A DNA stretch of 64,000 bases, taken from NCBI GenBank assembly GCA_001642005.1, contig LWCA01000052.1, forward strand, positions 2,506 through 66,505, given 5' to 3'. Made by a program: the position numbers and the translations under genes. Each line of letters opens with the position of its first letter. Position 1 is the first letter of the stretch. Source of the DNA: Intoshia linei (Eukaryota > Animalia > Orthonectida). The notes under the pieces are model-generated. The model saw only the letters and a program-made list of their open reading frames with translations. It had not been told where the DNA came from and ran no database searches. Of the stretch, positions 40,696-52,525 are shown in pieces.

Positions 40696-43600
40696 TTAAA
40701 TACATTTGTATATATGACTGTCCGGAACTTCGTCATTTTCACAGGCTTGGAATAAGAGAACTATAGAAAAATGGTTGTTTCCAAATTTGTCTGAAACATC
40801 CTAATGAAGTATTAATTTACATAGATTAAATTTTTTTACGTTTATTAGTCCAAAGTTGTTCAGAATTTTGTTTATTTTGTTGATTTCGTGCAGTTGCTTC
40901 AATCGCCCAAAGAAATTTATGGTTATATCACAAAGGGGCATAAAGTTGAAATTATAGGCATATATGTTATTTTCGGGTACACCACATTCTTGCTATATGA
41001 ATTTTTACTAACATTTATCAATTCATTTTTACCTTTACAGCGTTAACGACGTTATTACCGGCTATGTACAAATTGACGGTCGATATCATTTCGTGGTTAT
41101 TTACTGATGTAAATCTAAAATATTATACTTTTTATCTAATGTACCAAACTTTGATTTGAAAATATATTTGTTCAGAAGTGACATGTCTATTTTTGAGATA
41201 TCAATCTAATTTAAATTAGATAGGTTTAAATACTCTTACCCAGCACTTTATAATATAGAATGGTCTTTTTATATCGGCATAGTTTATACCCAAACGGGAT
41301 AAAACACTGCCAAACTTTGATACATCATGTTGCTAAAAAAATGTTGAAAATTAAAATTAATTAGTGGTATTAGCATTGTAATTATAATATTAATAAAAAT
41401 GTGTAAAAACTGGTGAAAAAAAATTACCTGAATGTTTGTTATTGAGTCTGCATGTACTGATAAAATTTCATCCGAGTAAACGTGGTTCTAATTAATATCA
41501 TTACATATTCAATTTTTGTATATACAGTAATAATCCTTAATAAAGACTATTAGCGGAAGTTTGAATTATTTTTTCTTAACGAATTTGTGTGAACCAAAAA
41601 TTCCGTTAATAAAAATTTTAACTCTAGAACAGGGGTGTCAGAATCAATTTGCTTTGCGGGCCGCACAAAAAAAATCTTTACTCAAAAAATTATGTTAAAA
41701 GTAACAGATTTAATTAATTTTAATTAATAAAATAAAATATGAAACAATAAAAATGGAATAAGTGTAAAAATTGAAATAATGAATAAATAAATCATGAAAA
41801 ATATATGAAAAAATTGTAAAATAAGAAATATGTGTAAAAACTTGTTATAAAAAATAAAAATTTTTATTATAACGCGGGCAGCACATTCCATAATTGTGGC
41901 CTCATAATTGATACCCTGCTTTAGAATCTATTTTTACAGACTCATAATAATGAACTAATTTTTTTAATAATAGAAATCAATTTATTACATTTTTATCATA
42001 TTTTTAATAGATATTAAATTAAATAACGTTAATTAGAAATAATTACTATCATTGCGGAAATATCATTTTTAACTTTATTTTATTTCTGTAAATAATTTAA
42101 AATTGATAAAATTTTTCATGAACCCTAAAAAACTGCTGTGGACCCCAGAATTCCACATGGACCCCGTTGATAATGTTTTCTGTATATTACTTCGTTATGT
42201 ATTATTCAAAAACTCATAATAACAAGAAATATGACCATTTAATGGTTTTTATTTCAAAAAATTAAATTCCTGTATCAAGGGTGTTAGTACGGGAAAATTT
42301 CGTAATAATTTGAAAATAAGGACAAAGACTGTATAATTCAGTTTTGATGTCTCAATTCGACCGAAAATTATAAATTTCTTAAAAAATTAAATCCAATTGA
42401 AAAAAAGTTGATAAGGCTGAGTTAGAATAATTAAACCTGAATACATTACAATATGTATGTTCAGGAAATTATTAAAATAATTGTGGTGTCAATTGAATTT
42501 GGAATCAGTTCATTATAACTGGTTTAAGTTTTTATTTATTGTAGAAAACAAAATATAATTATCCTATACATAATATTACGTACATAGGCTAATATCAAAA
42601 GGTTAAATTCAAAATATACAACAGATACTACATTAAAATAGTATGTGGTGGTATCATACCACCACTGACATGCAACACGATAGAAAATACATTTTTTTAT
42701 AAAAATTTTGAAATAATTTTGTTTCAGAAAGATTAAACTCCTAGATAAGAGGTTGCCAGATTGTGATATAAATATAATTGTAAATATGTAGGAGTTCCAC
42801 AGTGGGACACATAAAAATTCGACAAACAAAAAATATACAACATTTATAAAGGCAGTAGCGAAACAGAAACTGCTCTTCATGCCCTAGACGAATTTTTTGT
42901 AAAATCGGGCCTCATATTTCCAATTAAACATTAAAAAATTAATGACTAACACGATTGTGAATCTCAATATATCCTTGAATATCAAACTATATTGTGGATA
43001 AATTTCAAGCCAAAAGCTATGGTGTTAAAGGATATTATATATTTTTCGAAAAAAAATTTTAATAGCTTATTTACTTTCGGTTGTCTCGATTATAGTAGGT
43101 TTAGCTCTGAGTGGAAGGAAATCGCCTAATTTAGCTAGTACAAGAAATTTAATTAATTGTGGTGTCAAACAAATTTTATTTAGAAATTTAGAGTCACACT
43201 TTGAATATTTGTCAAATTTCTAACACATTATTTTTGTAATTCAAAGGATTTCAAAATAATAGTATGATTTAAGTCCTGTGAATAACGTACGTAAGATGTG
43301 TTGTTTGTTAAACATGTTTCTAAGATGCTAGAAATTTAAATCAAAGAAAAAAATGTAAGGCACATGTAAGCAAAATACTGAAAATGTCGACCCGTGAAAA
43401 GTTCTATAATATTAAACTACTTAACCGTTAAAATATATTTTAATCGTTGTCTGTTTAATTAAATTATAATTCAATAACCTAGTCCTAGAATTTTAAAAAA
43501 CAAAAATTTTCAGTCTAAATAGAATTACTGTTTGGTATTGGAGTAATATTAAATAAATTTTATCTTCAGAAACGAATTTGACCAGATTGGCCAAATTTGT

Positions 43601-45640
43601 ATTTTTATATATGCAATATTGGTAATCAAAAATAAAAATTTCAATACCCAACAATCCTAGTTGACATCATATAAATGTAATTAAACAGTAACAGTAAAAA
43701 CTACATGTAGTCGAAACATATCATAAATTACAAAGCTTAACAAGCCAAGTACATTGTATATTGATATCAAAGACAAAAAGTTGAAAATCACATTTTTTTA
43801 CCTTTGTACTCAAGGCTGGGTCAAACCTACACCACCGATACCATCTTCGGCATAGACGAAATTTTTCCAAATTGAGCATTAAAAAATTATATTCTTGAAA
43901 ATCAATTATTTTGTGTTAAATTTAAAATGTCAATTCAAGACCATTAGAGAGATCGCTAAGGGCTGACACTACGTACCGTGTGTGAAAAATTGTTTTGGAA
44001 TTCATTTTTCATTTTAGGGTGGCCTCGAGCTGAGTAGGTTCGGTTCTGCATACACCAATTGAATTAATAAATAATTAATGTTTATTTAAAAATATATATT
44101 ATAATATAAGTAATTCTTCAATATGCAGTAATTGCATTGCAATTATGTTGATGTAGATATTGTCCCTGAAATTTTTCAACTTTTCCATTAAGCCTAAAAG
44201 CCAAAAGTCGGTAATAGTTTATTATCCCATTTATGCAAAGTGTACGTGACTTAAAAACATGCGTTATTACAAATAACAACTTATTACTTACACTCTGTTA
44301 ATAGTTCTACTTAGCCACTTGCAATGACGTGTATAAACAAACGAAAAATTAAAATTTACAAAAATATTTTGAGATAGACACACATAACCCAGATAGAAAG
44401 TTGCAGACACTTAATTATATTGATGTGAATTAAATGTGACAAAATAATAGTTTTTAGAAATACATAATCAAGATTAAAAAAATTAATATTTTGACCATTA
44501 TCTTGAACAGTGAAATAACTATTAAGGCTTACATTTGTTTTTGTAAAAGTTGGATCAAGAATAGCTACATAATTTGATAATGCCAAATTTTCATCCCCAA
44601 CTGTGTCACATAATCTAAAATATAAATCTAGTTACATTAAAAATATAGGTACAATCAAGACGATGAAACCCACTTAAAATGATCCAATAGTGGTGGAATT
44701 TTAGGAAAACTAAATCAATACTATATGAATAGAATAAATAAACGAATGTAAATGGAACGATAATATAAATAAGCAAAATTTGTGGACAATGGACAATGTT
44801 GTCACAAGACAACGTTTTTCTAGATAATATGATGGAAAATCATCATGGATTTCGAACTGAATGTTGATTCAATTAAACGTACGAAACACATCTCACAGGA
44901 AATGATTGATTTTGTAACAATTACATTTAATCATATTTAAATTTAATTATCCACTTTTTTAAAATGGATAATTTCGCATTTTGAATATCTAATTTTAATC
45001 GTATGCACATTTATTTTGTGAAATAATTTAAATTGTACAGGTAGTATAATATAATAATAGCTATTCTTGAATAAAAACGGTAAGTAAAATTACATGTTTG
45101 AACTGGATGAATTATTTCCCTAAAAACAAATTAACAAGAAATAACCACAATGCAACCTTGATATTGATATATTCCTTGGATTTACGTCTCGCGAGAACCT
45201 GAATATGACTGGAAACTTGTTTTCTAGTCCTACTTTTACCCGTACGCAACTTTATGTACCTGGCAATCAATTCGTTACGACCTGAATTGAGATGTAATGA
45301 GAAAAAATAAAGAGGTATTGTTACCGTACATCTTTCCTTCGTTGGAAAGTATAATTTTACGTCGCCCGCAGGGCGGATAAATAGCCAGAGCCTCCTGGAA
45401 ACTTTGTTCAATGTCACATGACCAAACTCCTTCCGCATCGACCGGAGTGAGCTCTGAAGAAGAAAGATTTTTCTCATCGAGAGATTCATTTGAATTTGTC
45501 AAATCTTTCTTTGTATATGATTCATTATTGTCATACTTGGATTGTACGTTCGTAATGTACGCATTCAAATTTTCAATATTTTTTATGGACAAATTGCTAA
45601 TTTTCTTTATAGGTGAATCCATATGCGAGTGGGGAATCAT
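40696..45640 (-). CDS. TEAD: TEAD/Scalloped transcription factor, multi-exon, with divergent YAP-binding domain(s)
   Basis: TEA domain [39 protein letters not shown]|[33 protein letters not shown]. Distal exons [35 protein letters not shown]...ILNNFGL and LLFQACE...SHIYKCI* resemble the YBD. Exon structure at 42400-44400 is uncertain. Confidence 0.85.
41630..41918. mobile_element. hAT MITE
   Basis: TIRs CAGGGGTGTCA / TGATACCCTG, gcgggccgca motifs, TSD ctctagaa/ctttagaa. Confidence 0.78.
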
Positions 45641-47740
45641 TTAAAACTAGTCTACTGATAATATTTTATCAACATTAAAATTTGACTGATGAATACACAA
45701 TACAAGTTGAGATTTTATTATCTATGTAAACAAAATTATGCGTGTTTGAAATCGAACTATCACTGAGTCAAATTATATCATTGTGCCTATAAATGTGTCG
45801 TTGACAGAGTTACACTTGAATTTAACAACAGTTTAACGGTGTGATTATCGTCATTTCAGTTTTGTCTACCTGAAAATTAGACACTTTATTTCTATACATT
45901 CCATAAATAGAGGGTGTCATGTTTACTTAATTAAATTAAAATTATTTTAATTTTTTATATTTTATATAATTCCATTTATAGCGCAGATGTTTTCTTTATA
46001 AACAAATCTCCATTATTTATTATGAATCAGTTTGATATTTTTTTGAATTATAATTAATAGTATATTAATTAATTTGCAAGAATTTGTCAGCGTATTACCG
46101 TTATTTTAAATATTTTATTTTGATTCATTATTTCGATATAAAATTTATTTTAAGTATATTCACTTGAATGATAGATTGACTATCGATATTAATTTAATAT
46201 TAATCAATAAAATTATTGAATTTGTGAATCGAGAGGCCTGGAACGAAATATTGGACAAATTAATTTTTACAGCTTATTAGGTAAACTAGATTTTTTAAAA
46301 AATTGAATCTTTTTACACATTTCAGTTCCTAGTTCCAAAGTGGAATATAGTTTCATAACAGATTAACATGATTGTTTAATCAATTTAGTCAAAATTAAGA
46401 TTTATAAATCGTTGTATAAGACTTATTTTTGACCTACCCTTGTTTGATTGTACAACTGTATTATCAACTAATAATTTTGAATTAATTTCATGCGAAACTC
46501 GTATTCCAAATATAGTAAAGTGAAAATTGTGCATCAGGCATGTATAACATGATATTTTTAAAATTTGACCTAATACGGACAATATTATTAGACTTTTAAT
46601 TTTAGTGTATCGGTTAATTCTCATCTTGGTAACAAATGTGTATTCATCATGAGACAAAATATTAAATACGTTAATCCTCTTAGAGTAATATAATATACTA
46701 ATAGAGATTATAATTAATCGATTTAATTAAATTTTAATTAAAAATATCATACGGTTCCGACAATATGTCATGGTAGGTGAACAAGCGATTTACTATGAAA
46801 TAAGCATTTATTAAAATCATCATTTACCAACTAAATTTTAGTTACTTGCTAAAATTATTGTTTTATAAAATCTGTATAGACTTGGCTGGTGAAAATAAAA
46901 ATCTTGGTAAAGTATACAATCATTTTATTACAATTAGTGTTGATAACCGGTTAATTTAATTCTAAAATACAAACAATAAATAAAAGATAAAGATGTTGTG
47001 CGACTACCTTGTAAAGATGGTTTAAGCTTTAATGTTATACCCAAGAATTAATTCATTCGGAATCTTTTAAAAAATATAATTGATAATTTACCACCAAAGA
47101 GTCATTCTTCCGTAAAAAATATTATTGTGAGATTTGCTGCTGACAAAAAACAATTACAAAAATATTATAAAGAAAAAATTTAATTGGGCACTAGGTATTC
47201 TCTAACCCTAGATGAGTACACTTCCATTAAAAACGAACGCTACATAAACATTCATGAGAAAGCAAAAAATTGGTCATTGGGTCTTATGAAATTAAATGGA
47301 TCAATTTGTAATACTAAACAGATTGAAATACTTTTCAAAAAATTAAAAGAATTCAACATTTATCAAAATATACTCATAGTTGGATGTACAATAAATGAAG
47401 CGTCAGTTAAATTTAGAAAAGATGTTGAACCACTTCACCAAATCTGTATAGCTAACACAATCCATTTAGCGATAAGTGATACACTATGCACCTCAAATAA
47501 TGATAATAATCTTTCAGATTCAGATACTGAAAGTGAAGACATCTATGTAGAAAAATTTGACGATTTCGAATATATTGAAAACATAACATCTTGAATTAAA
47601 CGAAAACTATAAAAAAATTATAAAGTAAGAATAATTAGTAAAATTTTTAGAAAATCTTCGATTAAAAACGAAAAATTGCAAGATTTCGTTTATGGCGAAT
47701 TTGCTAAAGAAATCAATCTATTAGTCAACATTAAAATTAG

Positions 47741-48018
47741 GGCGCACTATCAAAAGATCATAAATCATAAGATCGTAAAAATATACTAATATTCGAATTT
47801 ATAATTGAATTGGATGAAAAAATATTCTCTGGTGTAAACACCACAGAATATTTCTATTTTTTTTGTAATATGGTTTGTAGGTATAATATGGTATCTTAAT
47901 ATTTCAGTTTTAACTTATATCTGTAGATCTACGATCAAATATTATCATATATTAAAATAAATATTAACTACGATTATAAAATACGATCTTTTGATTTACG
48001 ATCATTTGAACGGACACG
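47741..48018. mobile_element. Mutator-like MITE nested in the hAT transposase
   Basis: Perfect 9-bp TSD TAAAATTAG (47732-47740 and 48019-48027). Inverted ends tcaaaagatcataaatcataagatcgta / tacgatctttttgatttacgatcatttga. Confidence 0.78.
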
Positions 48019-48040
48019 TAAAATTAGATGGAATAGTCTA

Positions 48041-49593
48041 CACTGCGCGACAAAACTATATCACATTCATATAACTTCATGAATATTCTTTAAAAATTAT
48101 GATTTTGTTAAAAAATTTATACCCTATTATGCAACAGTTTATTGTTATACTGGAAACAAAAAATTAAGATCGTTTGTTAATTTTATAGAACTTGAATATC
48201 AAATAAACTTTTTATTCCAATTTCAACTCGCAACAAAAGTGTGCTATACAAAGTAATTTTAAGAATTTTTATTGTCTGTTTATAGTTTTGGTCATATTTT
48301 TGGCAATAATTTTATAAAAAATTTAGATCATTGCATTAATAATCCAAAATATGCCTCGTGGGAACCTTTCTTTCAGATTATGTGAAAGGTCAAATTGATG
48401 CTTTATTGTCTGAAGGAAAAATGGTCACATATATTGCAAAATCCATAGGAAGAAGCCACAAAGCCATATATAACTATATTAATAGATCAGGATCTTTGAA
48501 TACACCAGCAAAAATTAAAATTACCGGCAGACTTTCAAGATTAACATGTAAAGAAAGAAGAAGGATAATTAGAAAAGCCTCAAATTCTGTCTTATCGGTT
48601 AGAGACACAAGAGATAAGCTAGATTTGAATAGTTTTGTACGGACAATACAAATAGCTTTGAAAGCCTGTCCACATATCGAACGCCGAAAACTCAAATGGA
48701 AACCATTTTCTTATCAGAAAAACATCGAAAAGATAGGATGACGTTTGCCCGTGAAAATTTAAAAACAAACTGGTTTTCTTCTTTTCTTTTTTTCATACAA
48801 AAAAAGGTTTAATTTGGAAGGTCCTGATGGAGAGTCGCATTATTGTCACGATTTAAGAAAAGATGAAATGTCTAAAATGGGAAGAAAGTTTGGAGGGGTA
48901 GTATTATATTATGGGCAGCATTTGGAGTTAACACGGACAGCAAATTATGCTTTATTAACATAAATATGAATTCTAAAGTTTATATTGACGTTTTAAACAA
49001 CTACCTACTACCCTTTCGAAGGTCGTTCAAAATATTTCAGCAGGATAATGCATCAATCTCAAGAAACAAAAAGGTGGCTAAATTCAAAGAGGTTGAATGT
49101 TTTGGGATGGCCGGCATGCTCTTTAGATTTAAATCCTATTAAAAATTTATGAGCAGTTCTTTCTCACATGATATATAAGAATGGCACATAATATGTGTTT
49201 ATTAATAATAATACAGAAATTTAAATGAGTTAAAAACGGCAATTGAAAGTCTGGACATCCATACCAGCAATTACCATTTCTAGCATGGACGACAGGATTT
49301 TTGAGGTTATAAAGAAAGATGGTGGCCACACGCATTATTAAACAGTATTTATATGATATATTTTGATCAAAAATAAAATGATAATTGTGCTATAGTTTTG
49401 TCACACATTAAATACTTATATTTTCGATATTTAGTCATTATTATTTTTTTACTTACCATATTATAATTTCGACGGTAAAATATTTATTTGAATGACACTG
49501 AGTAGATTTCTTAATGTAATAAATTTTACTTTTTAAAGATAATTTGGAAATATCATCAAAATTTTAAATGTGCTATAGTTTTGTCGCGCAGTG
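48041..49593 (+). mobile_element. Tc1/Tc3-like transposon, full length, with a frameshifted transposase
   Basis: TA TSD and TIRs CACTGCGCGACAAAACTATA / TATAGTTTTGTCGCGCAGTG. Transposase from ATG 48351 (MPRGTFLS, HTH), KRFNLEGPDG, FQQDNA, WPACSLDLNPIKN. Confidence 0.93.
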
Positions 49594-50669
49594 TATTACC
49601 TATGATAACACCGTTTATAAAACTAAATTAATTGTATACATAAAGCTCTCAGAGTAATTGGATCAACGTATACAGTTAACAAAACAGAATTAACGACTTT
49701 CAATATTTTATAGATGTTTTAAGTCCTATAGAAGTTGCCAAAAAAAATAGTAAGATCAAATATAGAAATAAAACTTAAAAGATTGAATATTGACGATAAT
49801 TTTAGTGAAAAAACAATTCCATGAACCCCAAATAGATCACGATATTTTAAATAATGATAACCAATTTCAATTTTTAAAAGAATACATGCATGCTATGAAT
49901 ACAAACATTATACCTATCAATAATAACATCAGCACTGTATTAAAATGTTACGAAATTACACAACTAAGAATCATTATATAGGTTTATATTGTCTATTCAA
50001 GCAACAAGTGTGGAAGCAGAAAGAATATTTTCATCAGTTGGTCTATTTCTAACTAAAATTAAATCTTGGCTTTCAGATGAAAGTATTGATGCACTATATT
50101 TTTTAAAACAATTTTTAAAAATGTCTAATAAATTTTATTATATATAATTATATTTTGGAATTAATATTATAATAGTAATAATAAAAAATTTATTATATAA
50201 ATTTTTTTCGGTTATTTGTCATCTCTAATTACAATGTATACATCGGTTTTTGCGTTTTTATAATTTTTTAAATGGAATCATTACTATATCACTTTTTACT
50301 AAGCTTTAATGAGTTGACCAATGTAAACTCTATTTAAAAATGTATTTATTCATATAAAGAAAATTGATCTGAGTCAAAAACAATAGATCCTTACTTATAT
50401 TATAATATATATAATTATATATATTCATAGCATATTATAATTATATGCTATGCAATAGTTGTTTGTGTACGTTACCGTTTATTTCAATAACTACCAGTCT
50501 TAGAAGTTTATAAAGTCCACATTTCAATTACAGTTTTTTCTGGGAGTGCTAACAAAATAAGTTTCAACCTTCCAAACTCACATCTTACGGATCAAAAAGA
50601 CCAATTGTCTTTTTTTTTGAAAATCAAACGAGTTCGAGAATTTAAAAAAACATATACTCTGATACCAAT

Positions 50670-51469
50670 ATTTTGGAGACGTGTATTGGTGCGTTATCTT
50701 GCTGAAATATCCAACTTAATCCTCCAATTGTAGAACCAATATGTTTAAGATTCGATTTATTTAACATTTTTATGTATCCACTTGAATTTAAACGTCCATT
50801 AATTACTTCTAAATTTAGCTTTCCGTTATAACCGAACGCGCCCATCCCATTATTGAACCGCCTCCATGTGCACGAGAGGAAAACAATGAATCATTTTTTT
50901 TAATATCATTCCAATAATACTGCAATCCATCAGGACCATCCAGATTAAATTTCTTTTCATCGGAAATGATGACATTTCGCCATTCCTCTCGCCATATGTA
51001 ATATTTTTTAGCAAAATCTAATCAGCACACTTTATAGCGTTTTAGTAACCTAGGCGAAACTTTTTTTTAGTAAATTCTACCATTTTTTTCAAATTACGTT
51101 GGATTGTACTTTTTGATTCAAATTCAAAATGATTACTATTAAATTCAAATTTTTCTTTAATTGTGCCGCTGATTCACCTTCATTGTTACTACTATGGCGT
51201 AACAATCGTCGAACATCACTCTTACCGATTGTCATTTTTGTCCAACCTTTATTATTTTTGCCGTAGGTAGATTTTTATTTTAAGTAGTTAAAAATTACGG
51301 ATTTACTCCTATTTAATATAGATGCAACATACCTAATACTTTTTCCAGTTGCGAGGAGACTGTCAGCTTTACCCATTTCAAATTTGGTTAGTCTTTTTCC
51401 TCGACCCATTGTTTATCTGTTAATTATTAATATTTTAAATAATTGTCCCTATTCAAGTGTCGCGCACTG
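50670..51469 (-). mobile_element. 3'-truncated Tc1/Tc3-like transposon
   Basis: TA|CAGTGCGCGACAC terminus, ATG 51409 MGRGKRLT, VIISDEKKFNLDGPDGLQYYW, WIFQQDNAPIH. Has stops and frameshifts; second TIR absent. Confidence 0.88.
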
Positions 51470-52525
51470 TATGTATTCCATGTTATCATATATATGACAA
51501 TAATAATTAAATATATTTATATACATTTTACAAATTTTATGACCATATGGTCACATCTCCTAACTTCTTCGTCTAGTTTCCCATTTACATAAAAATCAAA
51601 ATATGAAAGTTTGAGACAATATGTATTGACCAAAAATAATTTCGTTATGATTCATCATAAAAATGGTTCCGGTCTAAATGGGTTAACCCATGATTTTATT
51701 TACAAAATGGCAAATTGAGTTTAAATATATTTAAATATACTGTAACACACACCCAGATATTCAATTTTATATAAGTAAAGGATGCATACTATGCATTGCA
51801 TAGTTTACTCATAGATTCACATACTCCATTTTTGTATATTTGAAATTTTGATCGTCAAGAATTTTCAAGTTGTAATTTACGTTAATGTTCATGTTTTTAA
51901 AATCTGTTCATAATTTGAGTTTTTTAAAATTCCAAAACTCTGCAGTATAAAAAAAAATGGTCATTTGTGGATTTGTCCGTGAAAGTGTCAATTTTTGAAT
52001 TTATCTTACTTTCTGCACCGGAAAAAACTGACTGACTTTGAATTTTTATTTTGCAATATCTGGGACTATCATTTTTCTACATAGACACATTTCGAAAAAC
52101 TTTTACTTCATATAGTAAGGATTAAAGATATTAAAAAATAAACAAACTGTATTTTTCTACATGTATTCATTGACAAAACTAACCCGAATGCCTCACTTTG
52201 AAGTTAAATTAAATATAGTATCAATTAGAAAAATCAACACCGCTATGACACATTTCCTATACAATTATACTTTCGATTTTTAAATGGGTATCATGCAGAC
52301 ATAATAATTAGATTTTGTGTTTATTATTGAATATATTCAACATTTTCGGAAATACATGCATATAATTAATGAAAATGTAAACTAGTGTTAAATTGAATTG
52401 TTCCATGATACAAATACTGTGTGATAATAATATATCACGATTTTTTAATAAGGTAAAAAAGTAGAACAAGTATATTATAATAAAGACTACATTTGTATAA
52501 AATTTAAAACTAAATAAAATTAAAC

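Larger units (their letters stand above)
46935..50227 (+). mobile_element. Degenerate hAT transposon carrying two nested insertions
   Basis: Perfect 8-bp TSD ATTACAAT (46927-46934 and 50228-50235). Ends TAGTGTTGA..AACCG / CGGTTATTTGTCATCTCTA. Transposase remnants YSLTLDEYTS, CIANTIHLAI, IR|WNSL and ATSVEAERIFSSVG, with stops and frameshifts. Confidence 0.88.

Noticed and set aside
42536-42880. 114-aa hydrophobic ORF as an independent membrane protein
   Set aside because: Lies within the TEAD locus on the same strand; more likely exon plus intron read-through, with hydrophobicity from AT bias.
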